Assembly (NCBI GenBank): GCA_964533495.1
Contig: CAZHJU010000009.1
Location: forward strand, 25,041 to 89,040
Origin: an uncultured Bordetella sp.
GTDB lineage: Bacteria > Pseudomonadota > Gammaproteobacteria > Burkholderiales > SG8-41
Direction: 5' to 3'
Length of the DNA stretch: 64,000 bases
Below, one piece after another: positions 48,443 to 56,870 of the stretch. Position 1 is the stretch's first letter; each line of letters starts with the position of its first letter. The translations under genes were made by a program, and so were the position numbers. The notes beneath the pieces are model-generated. The model searched no databases, was not told the origin of the DNA, and worked only from the letters and a program-made list of their open reading frames with translations.

Positions 48443-49419
48443 AGCACCGGCTTGCCCACCATCCTGCGCGCCTCGTAAGCCGCATGCGCAGCCTCGACAT
48501 TGTCCAGCGTGTAACGCGCGGCAATGTCGATCTTCAGCGTGCCGTCGAGCAGCGCGCCGAAAACGGCGTCGGCGCGGCGGCGGATTTCCGCGGCATCGCG
48601 CAGGTGGTCGGCCAGCCGCGGCCGCGTCAGCAGCAGCGAACCCGCTTCGCCGAGTTCCAGCGGATCGAGATCGGTCACCGAACCGGAAACATTCCCGTAG
48701 TTCACGACCAGGCCGCGCGTGCGCGTCGCGCGGAAGCTGTCGCGCAGCGTCGCCTTGCCGATGGAATCGAAGACCACGTCGACGCCCTGCCCGCCGGTCG
48801 CCTCGCGCACCGCATCGGCAAAACGGCCTTCGTCGTAGAGGAACACCTGCTCCGCGCCGCGGCTGCGCGCGACCGCCGCCTTGTCGGCGGAACTGGTGGT
48901 CGCCAGCACGCGCGCGCCGGCGTTCTTCGCGATCTGGATCAAGATCTGGCCGATGCCGCCGGAAGCCGCGTGCACCAGACAACTGCGGCCCGGCGCGAGC
49001 CGGCCGACGTCGTGCGCAAGATAATGCGCCGTGTACCCCTGAAACACCGAAGCCGCCGCGAGGTCCAGCGGCAACGCCGCCGGCACCTTCACCGCCTGCC
49101 ATGCCGGCACCACGGCATATTCGGCATAACTGCCCCAGACGATGCACCAGGCCACGCGGTCGCCGACCGCATGCGAGGTCACGCCCCCGCCCAGAGCGAC
49201 CACTTCCCCGGCGCCCTCCATGCCCAGCGTGCAGGGCAGGCGCACCGGATAAGTCCGCGATTTCGCGTACTTGCCCTGCCGGGTGTGGATGTCCATGAAA
49301 TTGATGCCGGCGTGGTGGACGCGGACCAGCACGGTGCCGGGCGCGGCCTCGGGCACGGGCGCATCCACCCTGCGCAGAACCTCGGGACCGCCGTACTGGT
49401 GGATCTGTATGCTTTGCAT
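48424..49419 (-). CDS. NADPH:quinone oxidoreductase (zinc-type ADH / MDR superfamily)
   Basis: 331 aa. MQSIQIHQYGGPEVLRRVDAPVPEAAPGTVLVRVHHAGINFMD..., and the AASGGIGQ nucleotide-binding motif. Confidence 0.85.
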   Translation of the reverse strand: MQSIQIHQYGGPEVLRRVDAPVPEAAPGTVLVRVHHAGINFMDIHTRQGKYAKSRTYPVRLPCTLGMEGAGEVVALGGGVTSHAVGDRVAWCIVWGSYAEYAVVPAWQAVKVPAALPLDLAAASVFQGYTAHYLAHDVGRLAPGRSCLVHAASGGIGQILIQIAKNAGARVLATTSSADKAAVARSRGAEQVFLYDEGRFADAVREATGGQGVDVVFDSIGKATLRDSFRATRTRGLVVNYGNVSGSVTDLDPLELGEAGSLLLTRPRLADHLRDAAEIRRRADAVFGALLDGTLKIDIAARYTLDNVEAAHAAYEARRMVGKPVLDIINK

Positions 49420-49530
49420 GAAGGAAGTTTTTGCGGGAGGACGGCATTATCGCGCATCGGCGCCCCGTGAATGCCGGAGCATGCCGGCGATTGCACGATT
49501 GCGCTACACTGCGGCGCAGGAACCGACAGC

Positions 49531-50031
49531 ATGCCCGCAACCCCTTACCGTCTGCGACTGGCCGACAGCGGCGACATCCGGGAAATCGCCGTGATGTCGC
49601 GCTGCCTGATCGAAGTCGGCCTGCGCGGCTGGGCCTGGCATCCGGCACGGGTCGCGCGCGCGCTGCGCGCCCGCGAAACCTGCGTGCTGGTCGCGGACAT
49701 CCGCGGCCATGCTGCCGGCTTCGCGATCACCGAGTTCGGCGACGCCCGGGCCCATCTGTCGCTGTTCGCGGTCAAACCCGCCCACCAGCGCCGCGGCATC
49801 GGCATGGCGATGGTCGAATGGCTGACCGAATCCGCGCTCACCGCGGGCATCGACCACTTCACCGTCGAAATGCGCGCCAACAATTTCGCGGCGCGCAGTT
49901 TCTACGAGTCGCTCGGCTTCAGGCGGCAGCAGTACATCGCCGGCTACTACCAGAACATCGAGCCGGCAATCCGCATGCAGCGCGACCTGCGGCAACAGGT
50001 CATCGCGAACGAATCAAGAAAAACTGTTTAA
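49531..50031 (+). CDS. GNAT-family N-acetyltransferase
   Basis: ATG at 49531. It has the acetyl-CoA motif VKPAHQRRGIGMAMVEW. Confidence 0.8.
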   Translation: MPATPYRLRLADSGDIREIAVMSRCLIEVGLRGWAWHPARVARALRARETCVLVADIRGHAAGFAITEFGDARAHLSLFAVKPAHQRRGIGMAMVEWLTESALTAGIDHFTVEMRANNFAARSFYESLGFRRQQYIAGYYQNIEPAIRMQRDLRQQVIANESRKTV

Positions 50032-50045
50032 AAACAATAATTTAT

Positions 50046-50756
50046 ATGATAACCGGGATCAAGGCGCTGACTTTCGACACCTTCGGCACCGTGGTCGACT
50101 GGCGCAGCAGCATCATCAGCGATCTTTCCGCCTGGGGGAAAACGCGCGGCCTCGCCGTCGACTGGACCGCGTTCGTCGACGAATGGAAAACCGCGTACAA
50201 ACCGGGCATGGACAAGGTGCGCAGGGGCGAGTGGCCGTGGACCACCATCGACGGCATCTACCGCAGGGCGCTCGATGCGATGGCGCCGCGTTACGGCCTC
50301 GACCGGCTGGATGAAGCCGCGCTGCGGCACATCAACCGCGTCTGGCACCGGCTGCTGCCCTGGCCCGACGCGGTCCCCGGCCTGCAGCGGCTGAAGAAAA
50401 AATTCCTGATCTCGACGCTGTCCAACGGCGACGTCGACATGCTCGCCAACATGGCGAAGCACGGCGGCCTGCCCTGGGACGTGATCCTCTGCGGCCAGGT
50501 GTTCCGCCATTTCAAGCCCGATCCCGAAATCTATCTCGGCGCGATCGAGATGCTCGGCTGCAAGCCGCAGGAAGTGATGATGGTCGCCGCGCACAACGAC
50601 GACCTGAAACACGCACGCAGCCACGGCATGCGCACCGGCTTCGTGCTGCGCCCGACCGAATACGGGCCGGCGCAGCAGACCAATCTCAAGGCAGCCGAAG
50701 CCTGGGACGTCGTCGCCGGGGATTTCGGCGAACTGGCAACCGCGCTCGGCGCCTAG
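50046..50756 (+). CDS. haloacid dehalogenase type II / HAD-superfamily hydrolase
   Basis: ATG at 50046 (MITGIKALTFDTFGTVVDW: DxxGT motif I), STLSNG and a KPDPEIY motif. Confidence 0.75.
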   Translation: MITGIKALTFDTFGTVVDWRSSIISDLSAWGKTRGLAVDWTAFVDEWKTAYKPGMDKVRRGEWPWTTIDGIYRRALDAMAPRYGLDRLDEAALRHINRVWHRLLPWPDAVPGLQRLKKKFLISTLSNGDVDMLANMAKHGGLPWDVILCGQVFRHFKPDPEIYLGAIEMLGCKPQEVMMVAAHNDDLKHARSHGMRTGFVLRPTEYGPAQQTNLKAAEAWDVVAGDFGELATALGA

Positions 50757-51835
50757 GCCGCGGCGCCGTGGCGCGCCAGCGCCCAAGCCACATGCTCGCG
50801 CACCAGCGCCGACGGATGGTCGGCGCGCGAGCGCAGCGCGGCCAGCACTTCCGGCGTGCTCCGCGCGTTGCCCAGCCCCACCGCGATGTTGCGCAGCCAG
50901 CGCTCGTGGCCGATGCGGTGGATCGCGCTGCCGGCAAGCCGCGACGCAAACGCCGCCTCGTCCCAGGCAAACAGTTCGGCCAGCGCGACATCGTCCAGCC
51001 CGTTGCGCACCGCGAAGTCATCTTCGGCACTGACCTGCGCGAAGCGGTTCCACGGGCAGACGAGCTGGCAGTCGTCGCAGCCGTAGATCCGGTTGCCGAT
51101 CAGCGGCCGGAATTCCTCGGGAATGCTGCCCTTCAGCTCGATGGTCAGGTAGGAAATGCAGCGCCGCGCGTCGAGCCGGTACGGCGCGACGATGGCCCGG
51201 GTCGGGCAGACGTCGATGCACCGGCTGCAGCTGCCGCAGTGTTCCGCCTGCGGCGCATCCACCGGCAGCGGCAGGTCGGTGTAGATCTCGCCGAGGAAAA
51301 AGGCCGAGCCGCCCTCGCGGTTGAGCAGCAGCGTGTGCTTGCCGCGCCACCCGAGCCCGGCCTTTTCCGCCAGCGCCACTTCCATCACCGGCGCGCTGTC
51401 GGTGAACACGCGGTAACGGTATTCGCCGACCGCCGTTTCGATGCGCGAGGCCAGCTTCTGCAGCCTGCCGCGCAACACCTTGTGATAGTCGCGGCCGGTC
51501 GCGTAGCGGGAAATGAAGGCGCGCGCATCGTCGCGGATCACCGCCCAGCTTTCGCGCGCCGACGGCGGCGTGTAATCGAGCCGCGCGACAATCACCCGCA
51601 GCGTGCCCGGCACCAGCTCGGCGGGACGGCTGCGCTTGACGCCGTGGCGTGCCATATAATCCATGTCGCCGTGCCAGCCGCGGGCCAGCCATTCGGCGAG
51701 CCGCGGTTCCGCATGCGACAGGTCGCAGTCGGCCACCGCGACCTGCCGGAACCCGAGCTCCGCGCCCCAGCGGTCCATCTCGCGCCGGAGCACCAGCCAA
51801 TCGACGTCACTGCCCTGAAATGCACTCTCTTGCAT
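50753..51835 (-). CDS. queG: epoxyqueuosine reductase
   Basis: 4Fe-4S motifs CGSCSRCIDVCPTRAI and CDDCQLVCPWNRF, plus HEAT-like C-terminal repeats. Start is the ATG at 51835 (MQESAFQ) or 51844. Confidence 0.85.
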   Translation of the reverse strand: MQESAFQGSDVDWLVLRREMDRWGAELGFRQVAVADCDLSHAEPRLAEWLARGWHGDMDYMARHGVKRSRPAELVPGTLRVIVARLDYTPPSARESWAVIRDDARAFISRYATGRDYHKVLRGRLQKLASRIETAVGEYRYRVFTDSAPVMEVALAEKAGLGWRGKHTLLLNREGGSAFFLGEIYTDLPLPVDAPQAEHCGSCSRCIDVCPTRAIVAPYRLDARRCISYLTIELKGSIPEEFRPLIGNRIYGCDDCQLVCPWNRFAQVSAEDDFAVRNGLDDVALAELFAWDEAAFASRLAGSAIHRIGHERWLRNIAVGLGNARSTPEVLAALRSRADHPSALVREHVAWALARHGAAA

Positions 51836-52300
51836 AGCCCGCATCTTAAACGCAGGCAGCATCTCGCCGCCGAAGACGACACGCTGGCGCTGGGTCGCGC
51901 GCTGGCGCCGCTGCTCGAGCCGGGCATGGTGCTGCATCTGCGCGGCGACCTCGGCGCCGGCAAGACCACGCTGGCGCGGGGCATCCTGCGCGGGCTGGGC
52001 CACGAAGGCCGCGTCAAAAGCCCGACCTATACCCTGGTTGAACCTTATCAATTTTCTAGGTTATACTTGTATCACTTTGATTTTTATCGGTTCCTTGATC
52101 CCGAGGAACTGGAGGCCAGCGGCTTCCGGGAATACTTCAATCCCGAATCCGTATGCCTGGTCGAGTGGCCGGAAAAAGTGCCGGACCTGCCTGCCGCCGA
52201 CCTGGAAATCAGCCTGCGTCCTGAAAAGCAGGGACGCACGATTGAGATCACGGCGCACACGGAGGCTGGCAGGCGTTGTCTCGACAAACTGACATACTGA
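51830..52300 (+). CDS. tsaE: tRNA t6A37 biosynthesis ATPase TsaE
   Basis: GDLGAGKTTLARG P-loop and SPTYTLVEPY...LYHFDFYRFLDPEELE match the TsaE/YjeE signature. There is no in-frame ATG upstream of the P-loop, so a TTG at 51830 is the best candidate start. It abuts the queG ATG on the other strand. Confidence 0.75.
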   Translation: MHSPHLKRRQHLAAEDDTLALGRALAPLLEPGMVLHLRGDLGAGKTTLARGILRGLGHEGRVKSPTYTLVEPYQFSRLYLYHFDFYRFLDPEELEASGFREYFNPESVCLVEWPEKVPDLPAADLEISLRPEKQGRTIEITAHTEAGRRCLDKLTY

Positions 52301-53640
52301 GACCCGTCATCCGCTGCGCGGCATATGCGCCGCATGCGCCCCGTTTTTTCCGCACGCTGCTGCAATTCCTCAAGGCCTGCATCGCCAGCCTGCTGATGGC
52401 CGCGCCCGCGTGGGCCGCCGAAACGCTGGTGACCTCGACCCGGGTCTGGCCGGCCCCGGACTACACCCGCGTCACCATCGAATCGCAACAGCCGGTCAAG
52501 CACACGCTGTTCAGCCTCGACAATCCCGACCGCCTGGTGCTCGACCTCGAGGACGTCGCGCTGGGCGCGACGCTGAACGACATCGCCGGCAAGATCAGCG
52601 CCGAGGATCCCTACATCAAGGGCGTACGCGTCGGCCGCTTCAAGCCGGGCACGGTGCGCCTGGTGTTCGACCTGAAGGCGAAAATCAAGCCGGAAGTGTT
52701 TGCACTGGCGCCGATCGGCGAGTACGGCCACCGGCTGGTGCTCGACGTCTATCCGCTGGAACCGCCGGACCCGCTGCTCGCCTTTCTCAGGAACCGCGAG
52801 CACCGTCACGCCGAGCCGCCCGCGGCGGCGACCGCACCGGAACCCCCGGCGCCCCCGGTCGCCAGGGTCGATCCGCCCGCCACCACCAAGCCTGCCCCGC
52901 GCGCGGCACGCCCGCCATCGGAACGGCTGATCACCATCGTCATCGATGCCGGCCACGGCGGCGAAGACCCGGGCGCCCGCGGCCGCCGCGGCACGCTGGA
53001 AAAGCACGTGACGCTGGCGATCGCGCAGAAACTGAAGAACCGCATCGACAGCGAGCCCAACATGCGCGCGGTGCTGACCCGCGACGGCGACTACTTCATT
53101 CCGCTGCACATGCGCGTGGCCAAGGCGCGGCGGGTGCGCGCCGACCTGTTCGTGTCGATCCATGCCGATGCCTTCGTCAAACCCTCGGCCAACGGCTCCT
53201 CGGTGTTTGCGCTGTCCGAGCGCGGCGCCACCTCCGCCGCGGCAAGCTGGCTGGCCAAGCGGGAAAACGACGCCGACCTGATCGGCGGCGTCAACCTCGG
53301 CATCCAGGACCCGTACCTGAAACAGACCCTGCTCGACCTGTCGCAAACCGCGTCGATCAACGACAGCCTGAAGCTCGGCAAGGCGGTGCTGCAGGAGATG
53401 GGCGGCATCAACCGCCTGCACAAGAACTACGTCGAACAGGCCGGCTTCGCAGTGCTGAAAGCGCCGGACATTCCCTCGATCCTGATCGAGACCGCCTTCA
53501 TCAGCAATCCCGACGAGGAAATGAAGCTGAAGAACCCGGCCTACCAGAACAGGATGGCGGACGCGATCTTCACCGGGATCAAGCGCTATTTCGCGCAGAA
53601 TCCGCCGCTGGCGCCGGCCCAGGTCGCCGCCACGCCCTGA
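52276..53640 (+). CDS. N-acetylmuramoyl-L-alanine amidase (AMIN domain + Amidase_3), AmiB/AmiC-like
   Basis: It has an AMIN-like segment (VRVWPAPDYTRVTIES...LVLDLEDV), a Pro-rich linker, and a catalytic domain (IVIDAGHGGEDPGA, SIHADA, ETAFISN). The start codon is uncertain (TTG at 52276). Confidence 0.8.
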   Translation: MSRQTDILRPVIRCAAYAPHAPRFFRTLLQFLKACIASLLMAAPAWAAETLVTSTRVWPAPDYTRVTIESQQPVKHTLFSLDNPDRLVLDLEDVALGATLNDIAGKISAEDPYIKGVRVGRFKPGTVRLVFDLKAKIKPEVFALAPIGEYGHRLVLDVYPLEPPDPLLAFLRNREHRHAEPPAAATAPEPPAPPVARVDPPATTKPAPRAARPPSERLITIVIDAGHGGEDPGARGRRGTLEKHVTLAIAQKLKNRIDSEPNMRAVLTRDGDYFIPLHMRVAKARRVRADLFVSIHADAFVKPSANGSSVFALSERGATSAAASWLAKRENDADLIGGVNLGIQDPYLKQTLLDLSQTASINDSLKLGKAVLQEMGGINRLHKNYVEQAGFAVLKAPDIPSILIETAFISNPDEEMKLKNPAYQNRMADAIFTGIKRYFAQNPPLAPAQVAATP

Positions 53641-53717
53641 AAACCGGCGACGACCCGGCATTGCACTAGAATAAGGCCCACAGATGCGCAACCATGCGCA
53701 CGGGCCGGAGGGGAAAC

Positions 53718-54506
53718 ATGGGGATTGTTCTGCGTGCCGCCACCGTGGCGGCGCTGGCATTGCTTGCGGCCTGCGCCGCGACGCCTGACGGCGGCGCACC
53801 GGACACGGTGACGCCGGCTCATGTCCGGAGTTTCTCCGGGCACCCCCCGGGCGAGGCGCTGCCGCAGGGCTGGCGGCCATGGACGCTGTCCCGCTTCAAG
53901 CGCCCCACCGAATACCGGCTGGTCGATGACCGGGGCCGCACCGTGGTGCATGCGCGCGCCGACGCCTCGGCCTCCGGGCTGGTGCATCCGCTGCGGCTCG
54001 ATCCCGCCCGATATCCGCTGCTGCAATGGCAGTGGAAGGTCGACGCACTGGTGGACAAGGCCGACAACGCGCAGAAACACCTGGAAGACGCGCCGGCGCG
54101 GCTGGTGGTGAGCTTCGACGGCGACATGGACAGGCTGCCGCTGCAGGACCGCATGTTTTTCGACAACGTGCGCCTGCTCACCGGTCAGCAGATGCCGTAC
54201 GCGACGCTGATGTACATCTGGGGCAACCGCGCGCCGCGCGAATCGCTGATCCACAACCGCCACACCTCGCGCGTACGCATGATCGTCGTCGACTCCGGCG
54301 CCGAGCGGCTCGGCGCATGGCAGCCGGTGACGCGCAACGTGCTCGAAGACTACCGCCGCGCCTTCGGCGAGGAACCGGGCCGCATCACCGCGGTGGGCAT
54401 CATGACCGACACCGACAACACCGGCGAGCAGGCGCATGCCTGGTACGGCGACATCAGCTTCGGCAGGGCACCGGAACCCCCGGTCGTTGCAACCAAAGAT
54501 CGGTAA
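53718..54506 (+). CDS. DUF3047-like protein (lipoprotein signal)
   Basis: The ATG at 53718 gives MGIVLRAATVAALALLAACA. The EYRLVDDRGRTVVHARADASASGLVHPLRLDPARYPLLQWQWKV pattern is as I recall for DUF3047. Confidence 0.55.
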   Translation: MGIVLRAATVAALALLAACAATPDGGAPDTVTPAHVRSFSGHPPGEALPQGWRPWTLSRFKRPTEYRLVDDRGRTVVHARADASASGLVHPLRLDPARYPLLQWQWKVDALVDKADNAQKHLEDAPARLVVSFDGDMDRLPLQDRMFFDNVRLLTGQQMPYATLMYIWGNRAPRESLIHNRHTSRVRMIVVDSGAERLGAWQPVTRNVLEDYRRAFGEEPGRITAVGIMTDTDNTGEQAHAWYGDISFGRAPEPPVVATKDR

Positions 54507-54586
54507 TGTTCGGAACTGCCAAAACAACAAAACAGACCATATCTTGGACAATTATCCCCACGACATCGGGTGCGGGGTAACAATAA

Positions 54587-54620
54587 GAAGAAAAAAGAAA
54601 AGGGCCTCCGAAGAGGCCCT
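54587..54620. terminator. bidirectional intrinsic terminator (ends the tracrRNA on -, and the DUF3047 gene on +)
   Basis: GAAGAAAAAAGAAAA-GGGCCTC-CGAA-GAGGCCC-TTTTGT. It forms a 7-bp GC stem and is U-rich on both strands. Confidence 0.75.
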
Positions 54621-54698
54621 TTTGTATCGGTGTCGTAGGGCCTAAGCCCACGACTTGTTGCCGACAGTCCCCACCATCGGAACACTTGATACGGCGAC
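54590..54698 (-). ncRNA. tracrRNA of a type II-C CRISPR-Cas9 system
   Basis: The minus strand reads GTATCAAGTGTTCCGATGGTGGGGACTGTCGGCAAC. This is complementary to repeat positions 1-33, with 24 contiguous matches and an internal bulge. It is followed by AAG, the hairpin GTCGTGGGCTTAGGCCCTACGAC, and the terminator GGGCCTCTTCGGAGGCCCTTTTCTTTTTT. The ends are approximate. Confidence 0.8.
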
Positions 54699-54699
54699 C

Positions 54700-54728
54700 A
54701 TCGTAGCCAAGTTACCGCGAGGAGGCAA
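54700..54728 (-). promoter_or_regulatory. candidate sigma70 promoter for the tracrRNA
   Basis: The minus strand has TTGCCT (54728..54723), a 17-nt spacer and TACGAT (54705..54700). This places the start about 7 nt downstream, at the beginning of the anti-repeat. It overlaps the cas9 RBS region on the other strand. Confidence 0.4.
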
Positions 54729-54732
54729 GACC

Positions 54733-56190
54733 ATGAATTACCGATTGGCTCTGGATATCGGCACAGCGTCTTGTGGGCTTATTGCCATCAAGCTTGATAA
54801 AAATCATGAACCCTCAGAAATAATTCACCATAGCCTGCATATTTTCTCGGAGCCGGTATTGCCACATGCAGCCGGCGAAACAGGGGAGCCCAAGAAAGCC
54901 GGCAGGCGCAAAGCACGTCTTGCCCGGCGCAACATAGACCGCCGCGCAAGACGTCTGCGACGCATCGCGATGCTCGCCAACCTCTTGGATCTTGATCACA
55001 AAACAATCCCCGCAGACAAAGGGCAGCATATCCACGAAGTTCGCGCATACGCCCCTCAAAAAAGAATTGAGCTGGATGATCTTGTACGGGTATTTTTAAA
55101 ACTTGCAAAACGACGAGGTTATGCCGGCGGATTCAGAACAAAAGCGGACAAACAAAAAGACGAAGACAGCGGCGTTGTCCAACCTGGTATTGAGAAATTG
55201 CAAGAAGCCATGAAAGCGGCTGGCTGCAAGACCGTTGGCCAATACCTCAGCCATCGTTTCAGCAATGGAGAGACACTAAAACTCAAAGAGGCTGGACTTT
55301 ATACTCATCGCGATATGCTCGTCGGGGAATTCGAAGCCATATGGACAGAACAAGAAAAACATTACCCCATACTGCGAGAATCACGCTCCGATCCCGTCGC
55401 AAAGTTCGCTGATGGCAAAGAAAAAACCCGCCCCCTTCGGGAGCAGTTTCGAGAAGCGATCTTTTATCAACGCCCACTGAAATCGATAGCACCAATGGTG
55501 GGAAATTGCGCCTTGGAAAAAAGTCTTCCGCGCGCACCGATGGCGCAACCAGCCATGCAGGCTTTCCGGATTGAAAAGCAGTTGGCTGATTTGCGCTGGG
55601 GCATGGGACGGTCGGCTCAGCCACTGACCTCCGAACAAAAATCCCTTATCCGAGACATGCTGAATGACCCGGACCAAGTCACGAAAGACGGGAAGCTGAC
55701 ATTCAAGAAGGTTTATACAGCACTAGAGAAAAGAGGCTTGATGCCGGCAACCCGCCGCTCACTTAACATGGAACGCTCGAGTCGAGAAGAACTTTATGGC
55801 AATCGCACGCTTCGCGCCATGCGTGATCTTGATGCCATAGAACAATGGCTCGCCTTTGATTTGACGACACAGATACGCATCATCAATTTCCTGGCTAACC
55901 TGGGTTCACCGGAACAGGTTGATTTACCTGACTGGCAAGACCGCTTCACCAAGCGCAAACGCGTCAAAAACCCCAAAACAGGTCGCTGGGAAGAAAAATA
56001 TGAAAAGCGGGATTTGGACAAAAACCTCGTCAGCTTCGTCAACAAACTGGTCGAAAACGGGAAATTCGGTAGGCTCGGCGATATGGGTTTTGAGTCAGGT
56101 CGCGCCAGTTATTCGATACGCGCACTGGATAAGCTGACAAGCAAGATGCTGGATACCAGTTGCGACGAGCACGCCGCAATCCAGGCCTGC
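54733..56190 (+). pseudogene. cas9: cas9 5' remnant (RuvC-I, bridge helix, REC-like region; about 486 codons) fused in frame to the CRISPR array
   Basis: GGAGG RBS. MNYRLALDIGTASCGLIAI is the RuvC-I D-I-G-T motif and KKAGRRKARLARRNIDRRARRLRR is the Arg-rich bridge helix. The ...GRASYSIRALDKLTSKMLDTSCDEHAAIQAC segment resembles the region just before RuvC-II in II-C Cas9. The frame then reads through repeat/spacer sequence to a stop at 56301. No HNH, RuvC-II/III or PI domain is present. Confidence 0.8.
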
Positions 56191-56825
56191 TATCAAGTGT
56201 TCCGATGGTGGGGTGTCGGAACAGTTCGATGTGCCTTACGTGAGGGCGGACAGAGTGTATCAAGTGTTCCGATGGTGGGGTGTCGGAACTGGCTATTGTG
56301 AAATTGCTGTATGGGACGAGAGTGTATCAAGTGTTCCGATGGTGGGGTGTCGGAACTCGGGGGCATGTGTTCTTATACCGCCTTGTGAGTGTATCAAGTG
56401 TTCCGATGGTGGGGTGTCGGAACGATCTGGTGGGCTTTGTGTTCAAAGGATTCGAGTGTATCAAGTGTTCCGATGGTGGGGTGTCGGAACCATCACAAAC
56501 GCCCATCTCGTCGCCATCAGGAGTGTATCAAGTGTTCCGATGGTGGGGTGTCGGAACATGCTCGTTCAAACGCTCGACTGGCGGGCGGAGTGTATCAAGT
56601 GTTCCGATGGTGGGGTGTCGGAACAAATGCGCGTGTCCCCGTTATCGAGGGTTTGAGTGTATCAAGTGTTCCGATGGTGGGGTGTCGGAACGCCCTGCCT
56701 GCGGCATCGGCGGCGCGGAACGAGTGTATCAAGTGTTCCGATGGTGGGGTGTCGGAACGGAATGCCTCTATAGCCCAGTGCGTGAATAGAGTGTATCAAG
56801 TGTTCCGATGGTGGGGTGTCGGAAC
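56191..56825 (-). CRISPR. CRISPR array, 10 repeats (37 nt) and 9 unique 30-nt spacers
   Basis: In the canonical orientation (minus strand) the repeat is GTTCCGACACCCCACCATCGGAACACTTGATACACTC. Full copies start (plus-strand coordinates) at 56253, 56320, 56387, 56454, 56521, 56588, 56655, 56722 and 56789, an exact 67-nt period, and all are identical. The copy at 56191..56222 lacks the last 5 nt (CACTC). The orientation is inferred from the GTT start, the tracrRNA strand and the repeat-end -10-like box. Confidence 0.95.
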
Positions 56826-56828
56826 GGG

Positions 56829-56870
56829 CTGCCTCAAAATCAGCGGATAAATCCGCTGATTTTGAGGCAG
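56829..56870. repeat. perfect 20-bp inverted repeat flanking the array
   Basis: CTGCCTCAAAATCAGCGGAT-AA-ATCCGCTGATTTTGAGGCAG. It begins 3 nt after the last repeat and has no adjacent T-tract. Confidence 0.9.

Noticed and set aside
54555-54575. A second, degenerate anti-repeat-like stretch (ATCCCCACGACATCGGGTG) downstream of the tracrRNA terminator.
   Set aside because: Only two short blocks (CCCCAC, ATCGG) match the repeat complement, with an indel between them. This is too weak to call a second tracrRNA or a degenerate repeat.
56213-56850. ORFs 56213..56656, 56280..56789 and 56389..56850, with periodic VYQVFRWWGVGT / ECIKCSDGGVSE / SVSSVPMVGCRN peptides.
   Set aside because: They are the three reading frames of the 67-nt repeat-spacer period of the CRISPR array, not protein repeats.
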